Below, piece by piece: positions 8,837-18,434 of a stretch of DNA of 64,000 nt. The position numbers and the translations under genes were made by a program. The number at the start of each line of letters is the position of its first letter. Within the stretch, counting starts at the first letter, position 1. The DNA is from Candidatus Latescibacterota bacterium (GTDB lineage Bacteria; Latescibacterota; UBA2968): positions 1,664,001 through 1,728,000 of the forward strand of contig OZ241986.1 of the NCBI GenBank assembly GCA_965204375.1. Direction: 5' to 3'. The notes beneath the pieces are model-generated. The model was given only the letters and a program-made list of their open reading frames with translations. It searched no databases and was not told the origin of the DNA.

Positions 8837-10349
8837 AACTTATATTTTACGTGAACCACATGGACGGGATGCGGTCGAACAACTCGCGTCCGAGCGCCTG
8901 CTACCTGTATCTGAAATTGAGAATACGGTGCGGTATTTCGACACGTTTGACTGGCGGTTGTATAAAAAGGGACTCGCGCTGATACAAACGGGAAGCACGG
9001 TGTATTTGCAGCGAATTGTAGATGGAGAATACCCCTTGGTACACGATCAAATCGAAATGAAACAACGTATAGAAGGCCGTTTCTGGTGGATGTTTCCAGA
9101 AGGCAAATTGCGCGACACATTGCAAGATGCGCTCTCAGTTCGGGCGCTGTTATTTCGAGCGCAGGTGACGCAGAAAGTTTGCGGATTTGGCGTTTTGAAT
9201 GCAGATGAAAAGACCGTTGTCCGGTTGTTTCTCACGCATACCAACGTAGAAAACAGACATGTTGCGACTTTGACATTGCGAAGCGTGCGGGGATATGAGC
9301 GCGATTTTGAGAATTTGCGCCGTCGTTTTCTGAAATTGGATGTTGCACAGGCGGCAGAGGATGTATTTGAGCGCGTGATGAGTCTCGCAGGGTGCGTGCC
9401 GGGTGATTATTCTTCAAAGCTCAATCTTGGCCTGAATCACGAGGCGAGTGGGCGCGAGGCAACATGTGAGATTTTGAAATGCCTGCACGATGTGATGCGC
9501 CAAAATGAAACGGGCATTCGCGCGGATTGGGATACGGAATTTTTGCACGATTTTCGGGTTGCAATTCGGCGCACGCGGTCTGCACTGACTCAAATCAAAG
9601 GCGTTTTGCCCGAAGATGCTGTAGCACACTTTAAGGATGAGTTTCGGCAATTGGGCAGATCAACCAATCGGTTGCGAGATCTGGACGTGTATTTACTCGA
9701 AGAAGAGACTTATCGCGCCATGTTGCCCTGGTCACTGCAACCCGGGCTGGACGCCGTATTTTCGCGCTTAAAAAGCGAGCGTCGGCGTGCCCTTAAAGAC
9801 ATGGTGCAGGTTCTCGATACTCCTGAATATCGGGACCTGATGGATTCATGGGCGGCTTTTTTACGGGGCGCACAGTCTCGGGGGGGGAAGGACGCCGCGG
9901 TACCTGCTATAGTCCTTGCGCGAAAATTTATTTTTAAGCGTTTTAAGCAAGTGCTCAAAAGGGGCAAGACGATCGGAGACGACACGCCCGATGAGGCATT
10001 GCACGATTTGCGAATCGACTGCAAAAAATTGCGATATTTGTTAGAATTTTTCGCCTCGTTTTTTCCTAAAGATAAGATGGATAAACTCATCGGGTCTATG
10101 AAGAAATTGCAGGATAATCTGGGAGATTTTAACGATTTATCGGTACAACAGTGGGAATTGACGACCTATTTGAACGAGGTATTGCCCCGCAGCCGGCGTG
10201 CGGACCGCCTGCTTTGTGCTGCGGCTGTTGGCGGACTTATTGCGCGTTTGCACGACCAGCAGCAAACTGTTCGACGCGAATTTGCCAGTGCGTTTGCCGT
10301 TTATGCGAAAAAGAAAAATGTTCGTTTGTACCGCGATTTATTTGGATAG
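8820..10349 (+). CDS. CHAD domain polyphosphate-binding protein with a degenerate CYTH-like N-terminus
   Basis: EFLHDFRVAIRRTRS, RDLDV, LHDLRIDCKKLRY, LQDNLGDFND; N-terminal YFDTFDWRL. Confidence 0.9.
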   Translation: MITRSETYILREPHGRDAVEQLASERLLPVSEIENTVRYFDTFDWRLYKKGLALIQTGSTVYLQRIVDGEYPLVHDQIEMKQRIEGRFWWMFPEGKLRDTLQDALSVRALLFRAQVTQKVCGFGVLNADEKTVVRLFLTHTNVENRHVATLTLRSVRGYERDFENLRRRFLKLDVAQAAEDVFERVMSLAGCVPGDYSSKLNLGLNHEASGREATCEILKCLHDVMRQNETGIRADWDTEFLHDFRVAIRRTRSALTQIKGVLPEDAVAHFKDEFRQLGRSTNRLRDLDVYLLEEETYRAMLPWSLQPGLDAVFSRLKSERRRALKDMVQVLDTPEYRDLMDSWAAFLRGAQSRGGKDAAVPAIVLARKFIFKRFKQVLKRGKTIGDDTPDEALHDLRIDCKKLRYLLEFFASFFPKDKMDKLIGSMKKLQDNLGDFNDLSVQQWELTTYLNEVLPRSRRADRLLCAAAVGGLIARLHDQQQTVRREFASAFAVYAKKKNVRLYRDLFG

Positions 10350-10371
10350 TGAATTTTATTGAGGAGCGGGT

Positions 10372-11112
10372 GTGAGTATCTTTGCGTTGTACAGCATGAA
10401 AGGTGGCGTAGGGAAGACCGCCGCCGCTGTGAATCTGGCTTATGAAGCGGTTCGTTCTGGTGCGACCGCATTGCTGTGCGATTTAGACCCTCAAGGGGCT
10501 GCGGCTTTTTATTTTCGCATTCGAGCAAAAAAAAAATTTGGACGCAAGCGTTTCTTGAAGGGCGGCAAGCACTTAGAGAATAATATTCGGGGGACGGACT
10601 TTGAAGGTCTGGACTTATTGCCTTCGGCCATGTCTTTTCGCAATATGGATTTGGGGTTGGACGATCGGGCAAAAAACAAAAGCTATTTGAAGCGTCTGTT
10701 GACGCCGATGAGGAAAGAGTACGATTATATTTTTTTAGATTGCCCGCCCAACCTGACGCTCCTTGCCGAGCATGTTTTCAGGGCGGCCGATTATGTGGTT
10801 GTTCCGTGTATTCCGACAACTCTGTCGATGTTGACACATCAAAAGCTGGTAGAGTTCTTTAAAAAAAATAAATTGAAGCGCAAGACAATAGTGTCGTTTT
10901 TTTCAATGGTTGAACAGCGCAAGACAATGCACAGGGAAATGATCGCACAGGTGGGCGAGCGCGAGGGAAAATTTCTGAACGCGCAAATTCCTTACACGAC
11001 GGATGTGGAACGGATGGGATGGACGAGACAACCCGTAGCATGCTTCAAGTCGCGTTCAAAGGCAACTCAGGCGTATCGGGAATTGTGGACAGAATTGCAA
11101 ATGCTTGGATGA
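10372..11112 (+). CDS. ParA/MinD family ATPase (orphan, no parB)
   Basis: Deviant Walker A KGGVGKT, DLDPQG, LDCPP. Confidence 0.9.
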   Translation: MSIFALYSMKGGVGKTAAAVNLAYEAVRSGATALLCDLDPQGAAAFYFRIRAKKKFGRKRFLKGGKHLENNIRGTDFEGLDLLPSAMSFRNMDLGLDDRAKNKSYLKRLLTPMRKEYDYIFLDCPPNLTLLAEHVFRAADYVVVPCIPTTLSMLTHQKLVEFFKKNKLKRKTIVSFFSMVEQRKTMHREMIAQVGEREGKFLNAQIPYTTDVERMGWTRQPVACFKSRSKATQAYRELWTELQMLG

Positions 11113-11205
11113 ATAGACGAATAGACGAATAGACGAATAGACGAATAGACGACCCCCTCCTCACCACCCAAAATCAGTGCGAATTCGTAGATTTGTTTGC
11201 AGCCA
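11111..11205. repeat. Intergenic REP/MITE-like element with a (GAATAGAC)5 tandem array
   Basis: Five exact GAATAGAC copies at 11111-11150, then GACCCC...AAAATCAGT...TTCGTAGATTTG, shared with elements at 17701 and 28900. Confidence 0.75.
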
Positions 11206-11207
11206 AT

Positions 11208-11242
11208 AACAAAACCCCCCGACAAGTTTTTGTCGGGGGGTT
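11208..11242 (-). terminator. Intrinsic terminator of tonB
   Basis: AACCCCCCGACAA-loop-TTGTCGGGGGGTT stem, followed by a T-rich tract on the minus strand. Confidence 0.75.
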
Positions 11243-11260
11243 GGTGTTTGCGTTCGTAAA

Positions 11261-11947
11261 TTATCGACTAATTCGGAAACGTATGGGTATGACGAGATAG
11301 ACTTTAACAGGTCTATCATTTTGACGGGCTGGCTTAAAACGATATTGATTAACGGACTGAAGGGCCGCTTTGTAAAAAATTTCTTTGCCTTTGACAGCAA
11401 CGGCCTGTTCGACTACTCCGGCTTTGTCAACCAGTATTTTCAAGTGAACGGTGCCTTCAATACCCGCCTTGAGGGCGACCGGGGGATATACTGGTGCTAC
11501 GCGATGGAGGAGCACGGGTTTTTCTTCGACCATGAAATATTCGAGTATCTCTTCTTCTGGTTCTTCTATTACAGCAGTCTCACCAGGGGGTGGAGGCACA
11601 TGGAGGTCGACCTTATCGAAATCGAGGTCGGTAGTTTCAATAGTGACGTCGTCGGGCACATCCTCGCTTTCGGTTGCAATGGGAATAGACGGCCGTGGCG
11701 GTGGCGGCGCGCGGTGAATTTGACGGGTTTCCGGTATATCGACGGTCTCAATGACGATGGTGCGTCGCTCTATTTTACGCGTGCCGGCTGTGAATGTGGG
11801 AAACATAATCCCCACACCCACATGCAAGATGAATGCAATCACCATGCTGATGCGAAATACGCGCTTATAAGTGCGTTTGAGATCACAATCTGGATTTTTG
11901 GTACGCGGAATTTCGGGCGTAATCAACTGATCTGATTTTTCGTTCAT
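11261..11947 (-). CDS. tonB: TonB family energy transducer
   Basis: Single N-terminal TM helix with His, Pro-rich linker, C-terminal YPPVA..AGIEGTV and FKPARQ..PV. Confidence 0.88.
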   Translation of the reverse strand: MNEKSDQLITPEIPRTKNPDCDLKRTYKRVFRISMVIAFILHVGVGIMFPTFTAGTRKIERRTIVIETVDIPETRQIHRAPPPPRPSIPIATESEDVPDDVTIETTDLDFDKVDLHVPPPPGETAVIEEPEEEILEYFMVEEKPVLLHRVAPVYPPVALKAGIEGTVHLKILVDKAGVVEQAVAVKGKEIFYKAALQSVNQYRFKPARQNDRPVKVYLVIPIRFRISR

Positions 11948-12173
11948 GATTCTTCTCGACAGAAAGAATTGCGGGCTTATGTGATTGAGCGTTTAGCTTG
12001 TTTTGCTGACTGCTGGCCGCTTATACCTACCTATCTATAAATTTTAACACCGCCGTAACAGAAAGGCAAGGTATTTTTGCAAGACCCTATTTGACAAACT
12101 GCTTGTTTATTCATGGTTCATATCAATATATTGAAGCCTGTTAATCAATTATTACCTTTCTCGTGGTACAAAA

Positions 12174-13712
12174 ATGGGAAACCGCTTCTCTCATTTGCTA
12201 TTTATGTGTGCTATGGGCCTTCTGACCGGATGTTATAACCCCCAACGCGATCTGAGTATAGACCCATACAATACACCGCTTATCCACATTCTCGATGCCT
12301 CCTATAATGTTGAGGATAACACCTGGGGAGTGGTCACTGTGCAGTGGGAGTATCTCGGGCAGAAGCGCGTTGAGAACTTTGTCCTCCAGCGTCGAGATAT
12401 TTCCGGTTTTAGAAATATTGAGCTTTCTTCCGGTGCCGATGCCAATGGTAAATACGCGACTGTGGGTGCATTTCGAGACGAAAAACTGATTGCTGGCGAG
12501 CTCCTGCAATACCGCGTGGTTGCCGAACATAGTGAGGGTGGCCTGGTGAGTACTTCTGCTGTTGAAGTTCCTATCCCGGGTGCTGGTTTGCGCGAAGTTC
12601 GGCGCGCCCCCATTGCTCTTGCCGTGCAACTCGTCTGGCATGATGAGGGAAACACGGCAAGAAGTTATGAAATTCTGCGGACGCCTGAAGGTGGTGATAA
12701 AAAAATTCTTGCCGTCATACAAAGCCGTGCACAGACCTCCTTTTGGGATCGGTCAATTTCCGACAACCGCTCTTATACTTATGCCATAAGGTCTATGCGT
12801 GTCTCAAGGTCTCCCCTTTCGACGGATGTGCGGCTCACAAGTCGCAGTGTGAGCGTGCAATTTTATCGCGAGGTAGGACGGCACGTCGTTGAAACTCTAA
12901 GCGGGACAAACGAGCGGATGAGGCTTGCAGCAGCAGATTCCGATGGCGAAGCCGACATGCTCGCCCTGATTGTTCGCCCCAATCAGATTTCGCTTTCTCG
13001 CCTGCGACATACCCTGAGTGTCGATATTTCCAATACGCTATCGCGCCATCTGGTCGGGACTTCTTTTCCGCGATTGAACGACCTCGTGTCGCAATCGGTG
13101 GATCTGGCTGGACCTTCGCTTGCTGGAAGAGGTGCTCTTCAACGCGCTTATATCGGCGGTCTGGATCGGGCCGGGCGCGTTGTAGTAGTGGGTATCGAAC
13201 TGATAAATAATAACACGGTGTGGCGTATTCCCGACAATTGGGTAAGCGCGTCTTCGCATGTGCGATTGGCCCAGGACGATCAACAGCGGATTTATATTGC
13301 GACAGGCGGACAATTACGCGTCTATTCTGCCGCGGGTTCTCCTGTGGGCACTTTCGATCTCGAAGAGGATCCCGTGGATATCGCAGTTTACAATGGTGTT
13401 ATCTGGGCCGCATGGACAAATGGGATTCAACGGGGAGTTTTGCGCTTTTCGAATGATGTCCTCAGTGATATTACATGGGATGTGCTACATTCTCAGATCG
13501 AACCGCGCGCTTTAACGCTCAATACCGCGGGACAGGTTTTTGTATTGGATCGCCTACAAGTGCGCGTGTTTCAGGCAAATGGAGAAGACCTTCTCTCATG
13601 GGCACTGCCTTCAAGCGCACTCTCAGCAGGTGATCTAACTATCGGCGGATCGGGCAGAAATTTTGTCCATCTTTCAGATGAAAGTGGGGGAGTCATAACG
13701 TATGTACCGTAG
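12174..13712 (+). CDS. Lipoprotein with FN3-like domains and a C-terminal beta-propeller-like region
   Basis: Lipobox LTG-C; two W...Y.I.R...D......Y.Y FN3-like segments; PVDIAV/PRALTL NHL-like blades. Confidence 0.7.
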   Translation: MGNRFSHLLFMCAMGLLTGCYNPQRDLSIDPYNTPLIHILDASYNVEDNTWGVVTVQWEYLGQKRVENFVLQRRDISGFRNIELSSGADANGKYATVGAFRDEKLIAGELLQYRVVAEHSEGGLVSTSAVEVPIPGAGLREVRRAPIALAVQLVWHDEGNTARSYEILRTPEGGDKKILAVIQSRAQTSFWDRSISDNRSYTYAIRSMRVSRSPLSTDVRLTSRSVSVQFYREVGRHVVETLSGTNERMRLAAADSDGEADMLALIVRPNQISLSRLRHTLSVDISNTLSRHLVGTSFPRLNDLVSQSVDLAGPSLAGRGALQRAYIGGLDRAGRVVVVGIELINNNTVWRIPDNWVSASSHVRLAQDDQQRIYIATGGQLRVYSAAGSPVGTFDLEEDPVDIAVYNGVIWAAWTNGIQRGVLRFSNDVLSDITWDVLHSQIEPRALTLNTAGQVFVLDRLQVRVFQANGEDLLSWALPSSALSAGDLTIGGSGRNFVHLSDESGGVITYVP

Positions 13713-14478
13713 TCTATTGGTCTGGGTGTTGTTTTGTCTGGCGATGGGGTCGGCATGGGCGAATGACCAGAAAATTATTGAAAAAGCGCAGGCCGCCTAT
13801 CGCGCAGGTGATTACGCCAGCGCATTTGAGACGCTCTCTCATCTTCCGAGCTTGTTGGGCGTAGTGCCTTTGTTCGATAGACCGCAGCAAAGTCGAAGAG
13901 CCGAGATCTTTTTTGATCTGGGGCGTATTCACATGGCTTCTGGCGATACGACTCGTGCCCGTCTGGTACTTGTCGAGGTATTTCACCTGGATCCAGAGGT
14001 CAACGAGGGTATTATGGACATTCCCTCCGATCAGGCACTTGCAGATACACGGACGTTGCTTTCGGGCATGCGCCGCATAACGTTGCGACAAAACCTTGGA
14101 AAAACCACGTTTTGGGGTGCTGCGAGCCGCTCGCTGCTCTTGCCGGGTTGGGGACAGTTGTACCGCGGACACAAAAAACGGGGGTATGTTTTTATGGGGA
14201 CTTCAGCAGTGCTCGCAGCGGTCTGGCTTGTGAGCGATATATCCTATCGCAGTGCATATAATACCTACCGCGGTACGCGTCTGAGTGATTTGCAACTGGG
14301 GCAACCCATAGCAGGTACGGATTCCGATGCGTTTACGCGCAATTTTGAACGCGTGGAATCTCGCGCGGGACGGGCCAATCTCGTCCTGGGCTTGCTCGCG
14401 GCGGTCTGGTTATCCAGTGTATTGGATCATCTGGTGATTGGGCCAGCTCAAGTTTCCCTGTCAGTGCCCATAAATTGA
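13702..14478 (+). CDS. Secreted TPR protein with a DUF5683-like C-terminal membrane region
   Basis: Signal peptide, TPR-like helices, SLLLPGWGQLY motif. Confidence 0.7.
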   Translation: MYRSLLVWVLFCLAMGSAWANDQKIIEKAQAAYRAGDYASAFETLSHLPSLLGVVPLFDRPQQSRRAEIFFDLGRIHMASGDTTRARLVLVEVFHLDPEVNEGIMDIPSDQALADTRTLLSGMRRITLRQNLGKTTFWGAASRSLLLPGWGQLYRGHKKRGYVFMGTSAVLAAVWLVSDISYRSAYNTYRGTRLSDLQLGQPIAGTDSDAFTRNFERVESRAGRANLVLGLLAAVWLSSVLDHLVIGPAQVSLSVPIN

Positions 14479-14490
14479 GGGAGGCCGGGT

Positions 14491-17400
14491 TTGAGGCTAT
14501 TGCTGAGACAAAAAATATTCTATCGGGTATATCTTTATGTACTGGTTGGGTTGCTGTCGCCAGCCAGTGCTTTTTCTCAATCACCAGCCACCTTCCGATT
14601 GGCAATCGCGCCCTTTTATTCTCCTTACAATGGCGATTACGGCGTCTATATGGCCGATCGCATCGCCTATGAACTCCATCGCCGTGCTTATGTGCCAGCT
14701 CTGGGAAGGGCGCGGTTTGTTTTAATAGAAACCGATGTGCCGATGGGGGAAATAGATCAGACAGATAGACAGCTTTCTCCCGATCTACGCGAGTTCCTTA
14801 GCAAAAGGGTTCCCGCCTCTTATCTCTTGACGGGTTCTGTAGCGTTTACAGGGATTTATTTGATCAAACTCAAACTCATTGATCTTCGGACGGGTATGAT
14901 TGTCTGGACTGGCGATGTGCGGGACAATCCGGCATGGGTATGGACGCGAGCGCATCGATCTGTGGGAGAGATCCCCACTGTTGAAGTGCGATCTTCGCTT
15001 GGATTTGGTGAAGCGGAAACACCTGTACCTGCGCCAGAGGCGGAGCATTTGCCGCATCATATCCTCCTGCAACCGATCCATACTACGGATTATTTGCCTC
15101 TGGCTGCCGATTGTGAAATGCATCTTAAAAATGCGATTCAGCGCGATGGCCTGTTTTCTCTCGTGCCAGGGACATTAAAAGGAAAACAGGGGCGCGAGCG
15201 GTTTTCTCGCATCAGTCCCGATTTGCGCCGGGAAGCATCAGAAACAACGCTTGCAGAAGCCATCCTGACGGGCAGCTTACTCGTGCTGGGCAAAGATGGC
15301 GCAACAGACAATATCGGCCTGGTATTGCGTTTGGTTGAAGTGGAGACCGGACAAATTCTCTGGATGGGGTCTTCAACCGGGCGAAGGGTCTGGAGATGGG
15401 ACAAAGTGGCGGATATTGTATCCGCGACCATGGGGCGGCTCGGTGAAGATCTTTCGCAGTACGGGGCAGGAGCAGCAGAAACGCAGATTGCAGCGTTGCG
15501 CGACCTGGCAAAAGATGGGAAATCGTGGAGTGTGCTCGGTCATGCCTATCTCGAGCGGGGATTGCTCAAGCAGGCTGAAGAAGCATTTGAAAAAGCTGTG
15601 ATTTTTCCCGATGCGCCGGCACAGGCGCGCGCGGGAAAAGGGCTGGTACTGCTGAGGCGGGGTGGGTATTTCGATGACGGGGTGCAAGCACTCAGATCTG
15701 CAATTCGATCTGATCCAGATTATCTGGATGCGTACAGCTTTTTAGCACAAGCTCTTCTCGACCAAGGGATGGTCGATGGCGTTAAAATTGCCGAAAACGC
15801 CATTCGGCGCGATTCGACATATCTCCCGCCATACCGCGTGCTGGGCGATTGGTATGCAGATCGCGAAGACCACCAAAGATCCCGGGCATTTTACCAAGCG
15901 TATTTGACGCGCAATCCCGACGACGAAGTCGCTGTGCGGCTGGGTAGAAGTCTGTTGCAGTTAAAAAATTATCGGGATATCGACCGTTTTGTCGCACCCA
16001 TCGCACGCGAAAAACCCGAAGCCTCGCATTTGTTGCCCATTATGGCAATCAAAGCACTACGGGTGAAGCGCTACGAGGAATCGACCCAATTATTCGAGCG
16101 ATTCCTCGCGCAAATTGACGCGCGTGAACGCCAGCTTTACGATGATATTCGGGTACTATTGTCAGAGGAGGAAATAGAGATTTACCACGCGCTTGACGAT
16201 GTGGAAAAGAAAAAGTATGTGGCGCGGTTTTGGCGTGCAAAAAATCCGAATTTGTCCAGCGCGTACAACGAGCGCCAACTGGCGCACTACGAACGGGTCT
16301 GGACGGCGCGCTGGGCATTTGGGCGGGAAAATTATCCCTGGGATCGGCGTGGTGAAGTCTATATCCGCTATGGTGAACCCGATTACCGCGCCCGATCGGG
16401 ATGGGTTTCCTCGCTGCCTTCAACACGCGTGCAGGAGGTGAAGGAAAAGGTGTACAGAGAATTGTATCGGGATCCCAATGACAGTGAATTGATTGGTCCG
16501 GTTTTTCCCATTCGGAGCGATCGCGGGTTTGCTGCTGAACGCGAAAGGCAGGTAATCGATATTCCCGATCAGAGTACCTTTGCCCCGGTTGAAGGACGCC
16601 GCGAAGAAACCACTCGCAGCGACCCTTCTCAGGAAGCTTACGCGCCTGTTACCATGCAACACGACCGCAGTATCGTGCCCTGGGAGTCGTGGGTCTATAC
16701 CGAGGTAGATGGCGGCATAGTCATCGATTTTACACGCGAATTGGGTGGTGTCTCCGGGTTTGATTTCGCGCCTATTCCGCCCATTCCGCCCACTATGCTC
16801 AGAGACAATATTCGCATTGCCGAACACGCCCCGGCAATTCGCTACAAAAATGCTACCGTGAACCAGCCCGACGAATTTCGCAGAGCACCTCGTTTGTCGC
16901 TGGGCACTTTTTATTTTGATCTGGCGGACTTTCGGGGCAGTACAGGCAAAACCCGGGTGGATATTATGTATGGCATACCACTTGAAAATTTGCTCGCCGT
17001 TACAGATGGGCAACAGCCCCAGGTGGTACTTGAGCACGCGGTTGCGCTGGCCGATTCGGCGTATCGCATGGTGTATCGAAACGCGCAAAAAGTGCAGCAT
17101 TTTGTAGATACTTCAAATGTCGCCACTCAGGAAGTCGTGGATATCACGCGCCAAGACGTGCCCGCGGGGATGTATCATCTTACATTGACCGTTACCGATG
17201 TTATGTCCGCGCGGCAAGGGGTGCTCGCGCTCGATGTGGCGATTGATGACTACGGTGAAGAACGGCTTCATATCAGCGATCTTATGCTGGTTAAGAGCAT
17301 GTCGGATACGCTACTCCATACGCGATTTCGAAGGGGGAATTGGCAGGTTGTACCCAATCCTCGGAGGACTGTTCGCGCGCCCAATCCACTCGCGTTTTAT

Positions 17401-17688
17401 TGCGAAGTGTACAATCTGGCAAAAGACGAGTTTGGGCAGACCCGCTATCGCGTGACAACCGCAGTCAAGGTAGAGGAAACAGAGCAGAGGCGTGCGCCGG
17501 GTACTGTTGATCAACCCGAAGTCGCCTTGTCCTATACACAGGTGGGCAATAGCGATTGGGAACGCCTGCCCCTCGAAGTCCATCTCGAACACGCACAGGC
17601 AGGACAAAATCGCCTCTTTGTGATTATTGAGGATCTCGTTGCGGGAACACGGGTGGCAAAAGATACTTTTTTTCAGTATATTCGATGA
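14491..17688 (+). CDS. GWxTD-domain protein with N-terminal CsgG/TolB-N-like domains and TPRs
   Basis: FW...NP......NER...HYERV..A and WDRRGEVYIRYGEPD; two LIDLRTG.IVW / LVEVETGQILW segments; multiple TPRs. Confidence 0.8.
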   Translation: MRLLLRQKIFYRVYLYVLVGLLSPASAFSQSPATFRLAIAPFYSPYNGDYGVYMADRIAYELHRRAYVPALGRARFVLIETDVPMGEIDQTDRQLSPDLREFLSKRVPASYLLTGSVAFTGIYLIKLKLIDLRTGMIVWTGDVRDNPAWVWTRAHRSVGEIPTVEVRSSLGFGEAETPVPAPEAEHLPHHILLQPIHTTDYLPLAADCEMHLKNAIQRDGLFSLVPGTLKGKQGRERFSRISPDLRREASETTLAEAILTGSLLVLGKDGATDNIGLVLRLVEVETGQILWMGSSTGRRVWRWDKVADIVSATMGRLGEDLSQYGAGAAETQIAALRDLAKDGKSWSVLGHAYLERGLLKQAEEAFEKAVIFPDAPAQARAGKGLVLLRRGGYFDDGVQALRSAIRSDPDYLDAYSFLAQALLDQGMVDGVKIAENAIRRDSTYLPPYRVLGDWYADREDHQRSRAFYQAYLTRNPDDEVAVRLGRSLLQLKNYRDIDRFVAPIAREKPEASHLLPIMAIKALRVKRYEESTQLFERFLAQIDARERQLYDDIRVLLSEEEIEIYHALDDVEKKKYVARFWRAKNPNLSSAYNERQLAHYERVWTARWAFGRENYPWDRRGEVYIRYGEPDYRARSGWVSSLPSTRVQEVKEKVYRELYRDPNDSELIGPVFPIRSDRGFAAERERQVIDIPDQSTFAPVEGRREETTRSDPSQEAYAPVTMQHDRSIVPWESWVYTEVDGGIVIDFTRELGGVSGFDFAPIPPIPPTMLRDNIRIAEHAPAIRYKNATVNQPDEFRRAPRLSLGTFYFDLADFRGSTGKTRVDIMYGIPLENLLAVTDGQQPQVVLEHAVALADSAYRMVYRNAQKVQHFVDTSNVATQEVVDITRQDVPAGMYHLTLTVTDVMSARQGVLALDVAIDDYGEERLHISDLMLVKSMSDTLLHTRFRRGNWQVVPNPRRTVRAPNPLAFYCEVYNLAKDEFGQTRYRVTTAVKVEETEQRRAPGTVDQPEVALSYTQVGNSDWERLPLEVHLEHAQAGQNRLFVIIEDLVAGTRVAKDTFFQYIR

Positions 17689-17700
17689 AGAGAAAAAAGC

Positions 17701-17848
17701 GCGAATCTACGGAACGGGGTACAACTGCGTCAGCAGTTCATCTACGAACCCCGCCCATCCACCTAAAATCAGTATGTACTGCTATTCGTCTATTCGTCTA
17801 TGAACTGGCCTGAGAGTCGGCCAGTTGTACCCCGCTCCGTCTATTCGC
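17701..17848. repeat. Palindromic MITE/REP-like element with nested inverted repeats
   Basis: 27-bp terminal IR (GCGAATCTACGGAACGGGGTACAACTG / CAGTTGTACCCCGCTCCGTCTATTCGC, 3 mismatches) plus an inner IR (CAGTTCATCTACGAA / TTCGTCTATGAACTG); flanked by A and T tracts. Confidence 0.75.
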
Positions 17849-17868
17849 TCGTTTTTTTAGCCGATTGA

Positions 17869-17897
17869 TTGACAGAAATGCGTGCATTGCTTAAGTT
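17869..17897 (+). promoter_or_regulatory. Putative sigma70 promoter
   Basis: TTGACA-17 nt-TAAGTT just upstream of the AAGGAGAGG RBS. Confidence 0.55.
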
Positions 17898-17915
17898 TGC
17901 CTGAAGGAGAGGAAA

Positions 17916-18263
17916 ATGGAAAAGCCAGATTTTAGCGAAGATGAGCGCATATTGGCCGTTTTGACGGATAATACCGATATTGAAGCGTTTAACAATCTGA
18001 TGGAACACGCACATGAGCAGGGGGTCAGTGCGGCTGATTTTATTCGCGAAGAACCCAGACGCACCTCTCGAAAGCGCATTCGCAAGCTCTGCCTGAAAAA
18101 TCGCAAGCGATCCCTGCAGGTGATGTTCCAATCCATTATAAAATCGCTGTGGGATCGCCCTGTTACTGACACATCAGTTGTTGAATCCCTGTATGGGATG
18201 CCTCCTCAATTTGGCAAACCCCACCGCAATGGTAGTACCAACAAAAGGAATAAGGGTGAATAA
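17916..18263 (+). CDS. Hypothetical protein
   Basis: Strong RBS, promoter upstream, first gene of the operon. Confidence 0.65.
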   Translation: MEKPDFSEDERILAVLTDNTDIEAFNNLMEHAHEQGVSAADFIREEPRRTSRKRIRKLCLKNRKRSLQVMFQSIIKSLWDRPVTDTSVVESLYGMPPQFGKPHRNGSTNKRNKGE

Positions 18264-18432
18264 TCCACTGATCCTTCGGGCGCATATTGACGAAATAGAA
18301 GCTCTCAGAGACGATTTGCTGCCCTCTGCAAAACGCGGACAGGACGACGCACGCGAACTCGCGGTTGCCCTACACAAAGTCGCAATGGAAAAACGCGATC
18401 GTTTGCGAGGCCATACTGACGGAAACCCCTGA
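18256..18432 (+). CDS. Small hypothetical helical protein (58 aa)
   Basis: GTG start with AAGGAA upstream; overlaps the previous stop and ends 2 nt before ruvX. Confidence 0.5.
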   Translation: MNNPLILRAHIDEIEALRDDLLPSAKRGQDDARELAVALHKVAMEKRDRLRGHTDGNP

Positions 18433-18434
18433 TT

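Noticed and set aside
10372-11112. ParA as the chromosomal Soj of a parABS locus
   Set aside because: No parB or parS seen and the context is polyphosphate genes near the terminus; treated as an orphan ParA.
11111-11150. (GAATAGAC)5 as a CRISPR array
   Set aside because: 8-bp units with no spacers and no cas genes; it belongs to the dispersed repeat family.
11321-11935. 204-aa plus-strand ORF
   Set aside because: Antisense shadow of tonB.
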